DNA of 64,000 nucleotides. Source: a candidate division FCPU426 bacterium. GTDB lineage: Bacteria; Oederibacteriota; Muellerivitia; Muellerivitales; Muellerivitaceae. Position numbers and translations under genes: made by a program. The notes beneath the pieces are model-generated. The model searched no databases. It saw only the letters and a list, made by a program, of their open reading frames with translations, and was not told the DNA's origin. Positions 60,967 through 64,000 of the stretch are shown piece by piece (position 1 is the stretch's first letter; every line of letters starts with the position of its first letter). Location: positions 1,152,001 to 1,216,000 of the forward strand of contig CAWCKJ010000004.1 in NCBI GenBank assembly GCA_963796105.1, written 5' to 3'.

Positions 60967-62253
60967 ATGCGGAAACTCTCCCTGGCTTTTCTAGCGGCGG
61001 CTGTCCTTCTATGTGCCAACGGATGCATGCCAAGCCTCGGCCCCAAACCCGTGAGGCTGGCGGTCTATACCTCCGATCCGGCGATCCTCAAGATCCTCAA
61101 TGACAACCTACGGGCCATCGAGGGCCGGCATCCGGGCATGAAGTTTGAGTTGCTGAACATTCCCTACCACAACTTCCAGGATAAGATCACCACCATGATG
61201 GCAGGCGGCGACGCGCCGGACGTCATCAGCCTGGACGTCAACAACTTCATAGAACTGTACTCCCGGGGCGTCCTGGAGGACCTGACGCCTTATTTCAACA
61301 AGGATGGCATGGACCCGAAGGCTTACTATCCCGCGGTCTTCAACCGCTACAGCCCCGGCGGAAAGCTTTACGCCTTGCCGAGCGACCTGGCGCCCTTCGG
61401 GCTGGTCTATTACAACAAGAAGATATTCGACGAGGCGGGGGTGCCTTATCCCACCTCCCAGTGGTCCTGGCCGGAGCCGTTCCTTTCCCTCTGCGAGAAG
61501 CTGGTTAAAAAGGACGCCAGCGGCAAGATCGTCAGGTGGGCTTGGGGCGATCCCTACGGCACAGAGGCCAATCCCTTTTTCTTAAGCGACGGCGGCTATT
61601 ACACGGACAGCGAAACCAACCCCACCCGCTTGGCCCTGGACAGCCCCCAGGCCCTGGAGTCCTTCGGCTTCCGCTGGGACCTGATCTGGACCTACCATGT
61701 CTCCCCGGAGCCTGCCCAAATCCAGGCCTTCAACTTCGGGCCCGGCGCCGAGAGCATGTTCATCAACGGCCAGGTCGCCATGATGCCTTCCGGCATCTGG
61801 CACACCCCCAATTTTCTGTTGCACAAGGACCTGTCTTTCGATGTGGTGGAATTTCCCTGGGGCCCCCACCATACCCGCGGATGGGGATGCGGCGGGGCGG
61901 GATACGCCGTGTGGTCGGGATGCAAGGACAAGGAAAAGGCCTGGATTTTGGTGAAGGAAATGGCGGGGGAGGAAACCTTATCCAGGCTTGCCATGACCGG
62001 CTTGATCCAGCCGGCCTTGGTTAAAGTGGCCCAGTCGGACGCTTTCCTGAAGAGTCCCGGCCCGGCGAACAAGAAGATCCTCCTGGACATGCCCCCCTAC
62101 GCCCATTTTTCACCCTTCATCAAGGATTGGGAAGAGATCTGGTACGGCCAAGTGAGCCCGGCCCTGGACCCCTGCTGGCTGGGTGAGAAAAAGCCCTCGG
62201 AAATCCTGCCCAAGCTGACGGCGGATATTAATAAGAAGTTCTTTACAAAATAA
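60967..62253 (+). CDS. Sugar ABC transporter substrate-binding lipoprotein (no adjacent permease)
   Basis: GGAGG RBS, ANGC lipobox-like, AGGDAPDV, YYNKKIFDEAGV.YP...W.W, FINGQVAM. Confidence 0.88.
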   Translation: MRKLSLAFLAAAVLLCANGCMPSLGPKPVRLAVYTSDPAILKILNDNLRAIEGRHPGMKFELLNIPYHNFQDKITTMMAGGDAPDVISLDVNNFIELYSRGVLEDLTPYFNKDGMDPKAYYPAVFNRYSPGGKLYALPSDLAPFGLVYYNKKIFDEAGVPYPTSQWSWPEPFLSLCEKLVKKDASGKIVRWAWGDPYGTEANPFFLSDGGYYTDSETNPTRLALDSPQALESFGFRWDLIWTYHVSPEPAQIQAFNFGPGAESMFINGQVAMMPSGIWHTPNFLLHKDLSFDVVEFPWGPHHTRGWGCGGAGYAVWSGCKDKEKAWILVKEMAGEETLSRLAMTGLIQPALVKVAQSDAFLKSPGPANKKILLDMPPYAHFSPFIKDWEEIWYGQVSPALDPCWLGEKKPSEILPKLTADINKKFFTK

Positions 62254-62364
62254 TAGCGCGCGGTTTGTTATCGATTTGGGGTATTTCGGTGATTTGATTC
62301 AAGCCCGGGAGCATTATTAAGAAGTTGAATTAATAATAATGATCATTAGGGCTGTCATTAATAA

Positions 62365-63096
62365 GTGATTTATCTTTTAAGGATAACAATGGATTTCCCA
62401 AATATTAATTATCGGGATTACAAAGAATTTTATAAAAAGAAACATTCATTTTGGATTGATGTTCTTGACGGGAAAAAGCTGCCTTGGATTTTAAATGTGA
62501 TAAAGTTTATTTTAAGATTTTTGTTATTTCCATTTAAAGATAAGTTAATAAAAACTTTCTTTATGGCAGGTGGCCATCTCGCAAAACTTATCAAGAAAAA
62601 AAGATTTGAAGAAGGTTATTTATTTGGCTTGGATTGTCTATTGAATTGGGAATACCCCAGAATTGAGGCATTCGGGCCAGCTTTTTATATGAATTGGTGG
62701 CCCTTTTTCCGACAAACCTGTTATTGCGCCATTGAACTTTCCAATAAAGAATCTTTAAAAGCACTTGAAGAAATCGTGAAAAAAGGGCCGGAGCCAAAAA
62801 GGGGTTATGAAGTTTCCGCTTCTTATTGCGATATCGTGCGTCTCGCCTGCATAAGGAGTGATTTTGATGTTGCGTGGTATTGGGTTGAAAAGGCTGTTGC
62901 GTGTGATGATTCTCATGGTTATCCGTTTTATTTGAGAGCGTGGTTGGGCGCGAAATTACAAAAGGGGCAAGTGTTATCCGATTTGATTGCTGCAATTCAG
63001 CATCAGCCGGAACTTAAAGAACCGATCTATAGGGAAGAAATGTTTAAAGACTTTCCCATTTTGTTAAAAACTTTGAAAGCGGAAGTTGACGAATAA
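62365..63096 (+). CDS. AT-rich hypothetical protein with TPR-like C-terminus
   Basis: Long ORF in AT-rich DNA; AWYWVEKAV..D...YPFYLRA...DLIAAIQHQP. Start uncertain. Confidence 0.6.
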   Translation: MIYLLRITMDFPNINYRDYKEFYKKKHSFWIDVLDGKKLPWILNVIKFILRFLLFPFKDKLIKTFFMAGGHLAKLIKKKRFEEGYLFGLDCLLNWEYPRIEAFGPAFYMNWWPFFRQTCYCAIELSNKESLKALEEIVKKGPEPKRGYEVSASYCDIVRLACIRSDFDVAWYWVEKAVACDDSHGYPFYLRAWLGAKLQKGQVLSDLIAAIQHQPELKEPIYREEMFKDFPILLKTLKAEVDE

Positions 63097-63490
63097 GCTT
63101 ATTGCAAATGATTTTAGTTGTATAACTAGTTTTTTCTTAACTTAAAACGTGCCTAACTCTTATAATTAAGATGGATACTCAGACAGGGAGACAACGATGA
63201 AAGCATTGATGTTCTTAGCCACGATGGCGGGAGAAAGCGCAATTGGGGTCGGTTATTAATTATTGTTTCTAAAAGCCGTTCCTTTGTATCCACTTCATCT
63301 ATTTATGCCGGTTACTATTCTGCATTTTCTTCAGCTGTCGGATGGTTCAGTAGACTTCGCTTTGATTGATCCCAATATTTGGCTTTTTTTGGGTGAAAAA
63401 CATGTAATAAAATACATACAAACGTTACATAAGATGTAATAAATTGCATAACTTATTGTATTATTATGTATTATGTTGCATAATTAAATC

Positions 63491-63988
63491 ATGAAAATTA
63501 ACCGAAAAAAGACATTAACTCAAAGACGTTTAATCGACGCAAAACTTGCCTCATTCCTGGGTATGAGGGAAGCAAGTTTACCGAATGGTTGGCTAAAAGC
63601 GGTTCGTGGAGCTTTGGGCCTGACGGCATTCCAATTAGCGGAAAGAATGAAAGTAAAAACTTCCGATGTTTTGCACTTGGAAAGCAGGGAAGCTTCCAAG
63701 TCCGCGACCTTGGCTTCCCTTGACCGGGCCGCCCAAGCCATGAACTGCCGCCTTGTTTGGACGATCGTTCCTGAACAGGGTTATGACTCTTTATCCGGAA
63801 TTGTGGAAAAAAGGGCGAAGAAGCTGGCCTTCAAACTGGTCAAGGATGTGGATCGATCCATGAAGCTCGAAGCCCAGGGAGTATCCGACGACGCCTCCAA
63901 CCAACAGGCCGAGGAATTGGCCCAGGACCTGATTCGTAACGGAGACGCCCGCATTTGGCAACCCATGGATGATGAAACCAATGGTTGA
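63491..63988 (+). CDS. Mobile mystery protein A (XRE-type HTH)
   Basis: GWLKAVRGALGLT..QLA.RM...LE.RE....TL.SL.RAA.AM.C.LV...RSMKLE.Q signature. The Fic-type partner probably begins at the window edge. Confidence 0.85.
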   Translation: MKINRKKTLTQRRLIDAKLASFLGMREASLPNGWLKAVRGALGLTAFQLAERMKVKTSDVLHLESREASKSATLASLDRAAQAMNCRLVWTIVPEQGYDSLSGIVEKRAKKLAFKLVKDVDRSMKLEAQGVSDDASNQQAEELAQDLIRNGDARIWQPMDDETNG

Positions 63989-64000
63989 AAATCCAGCTCC

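Noticed and set aside
1..64000. tRNA, rRNA, integrase, prophage or reverse transcriptase (DGR/retron) genes
   Set aside because: No recognisable cloverleaf, rRNA signature, recombinase, phage structural gene or RT motif was seen. A tRNAscan/Infernal run would be needed to exclude small RNAs.

Overview
64-kb window of a GC-rich diderm bacterial chromosome (TonB receptor, outer-membrane barrels, lipoproteins) with AT-rich intergenic tracts and AT-rich acquired genes. It has no rRNA, tRNA or CRISPR that I can support. The left two thirds is cell-surface rich. Five large secreted or lipoproteins have Thr/Pro/Ser stalks; two of them share a YPNP...FRK...GLYY C-terminal sorting-like domain and three share an upstream GGAATAAAWTCC-N12/13-CTATA motif. 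This part also holds a FecR-barrel-NHL lipoprotein operon, dnaJ, marR-emrAB, vapBC, redox enzymes and an orphan long flgE. A six-gene operon encodes a Cyc2-like cytochrome-porin, three cupredoxin-domain proteins, a ferritin-like protein and a polyferredoxin. The right third is defence/mobile-like: an IS5-interrupted AT-rich PD-(D/E)xK-like gene, a complete IS21, one decayed and one intact AbiE type IV TA, and mobile mystery protein A. The best novelty candidates are: (1) a 15-copy 42-43-bp array beside a membrane-anchored protein resembling the ParB HTH domain; (2) a surface lipoprotein carrying a copy of the flagellar hook FlgE outer domain on a Thr/Pro stalk; (3) the Cyc2/double-CuA operon; (4) a 5x ~133-bp hairpin array belonging to a dispersed repeat family with covarying stems. 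All family calls come from motif recognition by eye; no searches were run.
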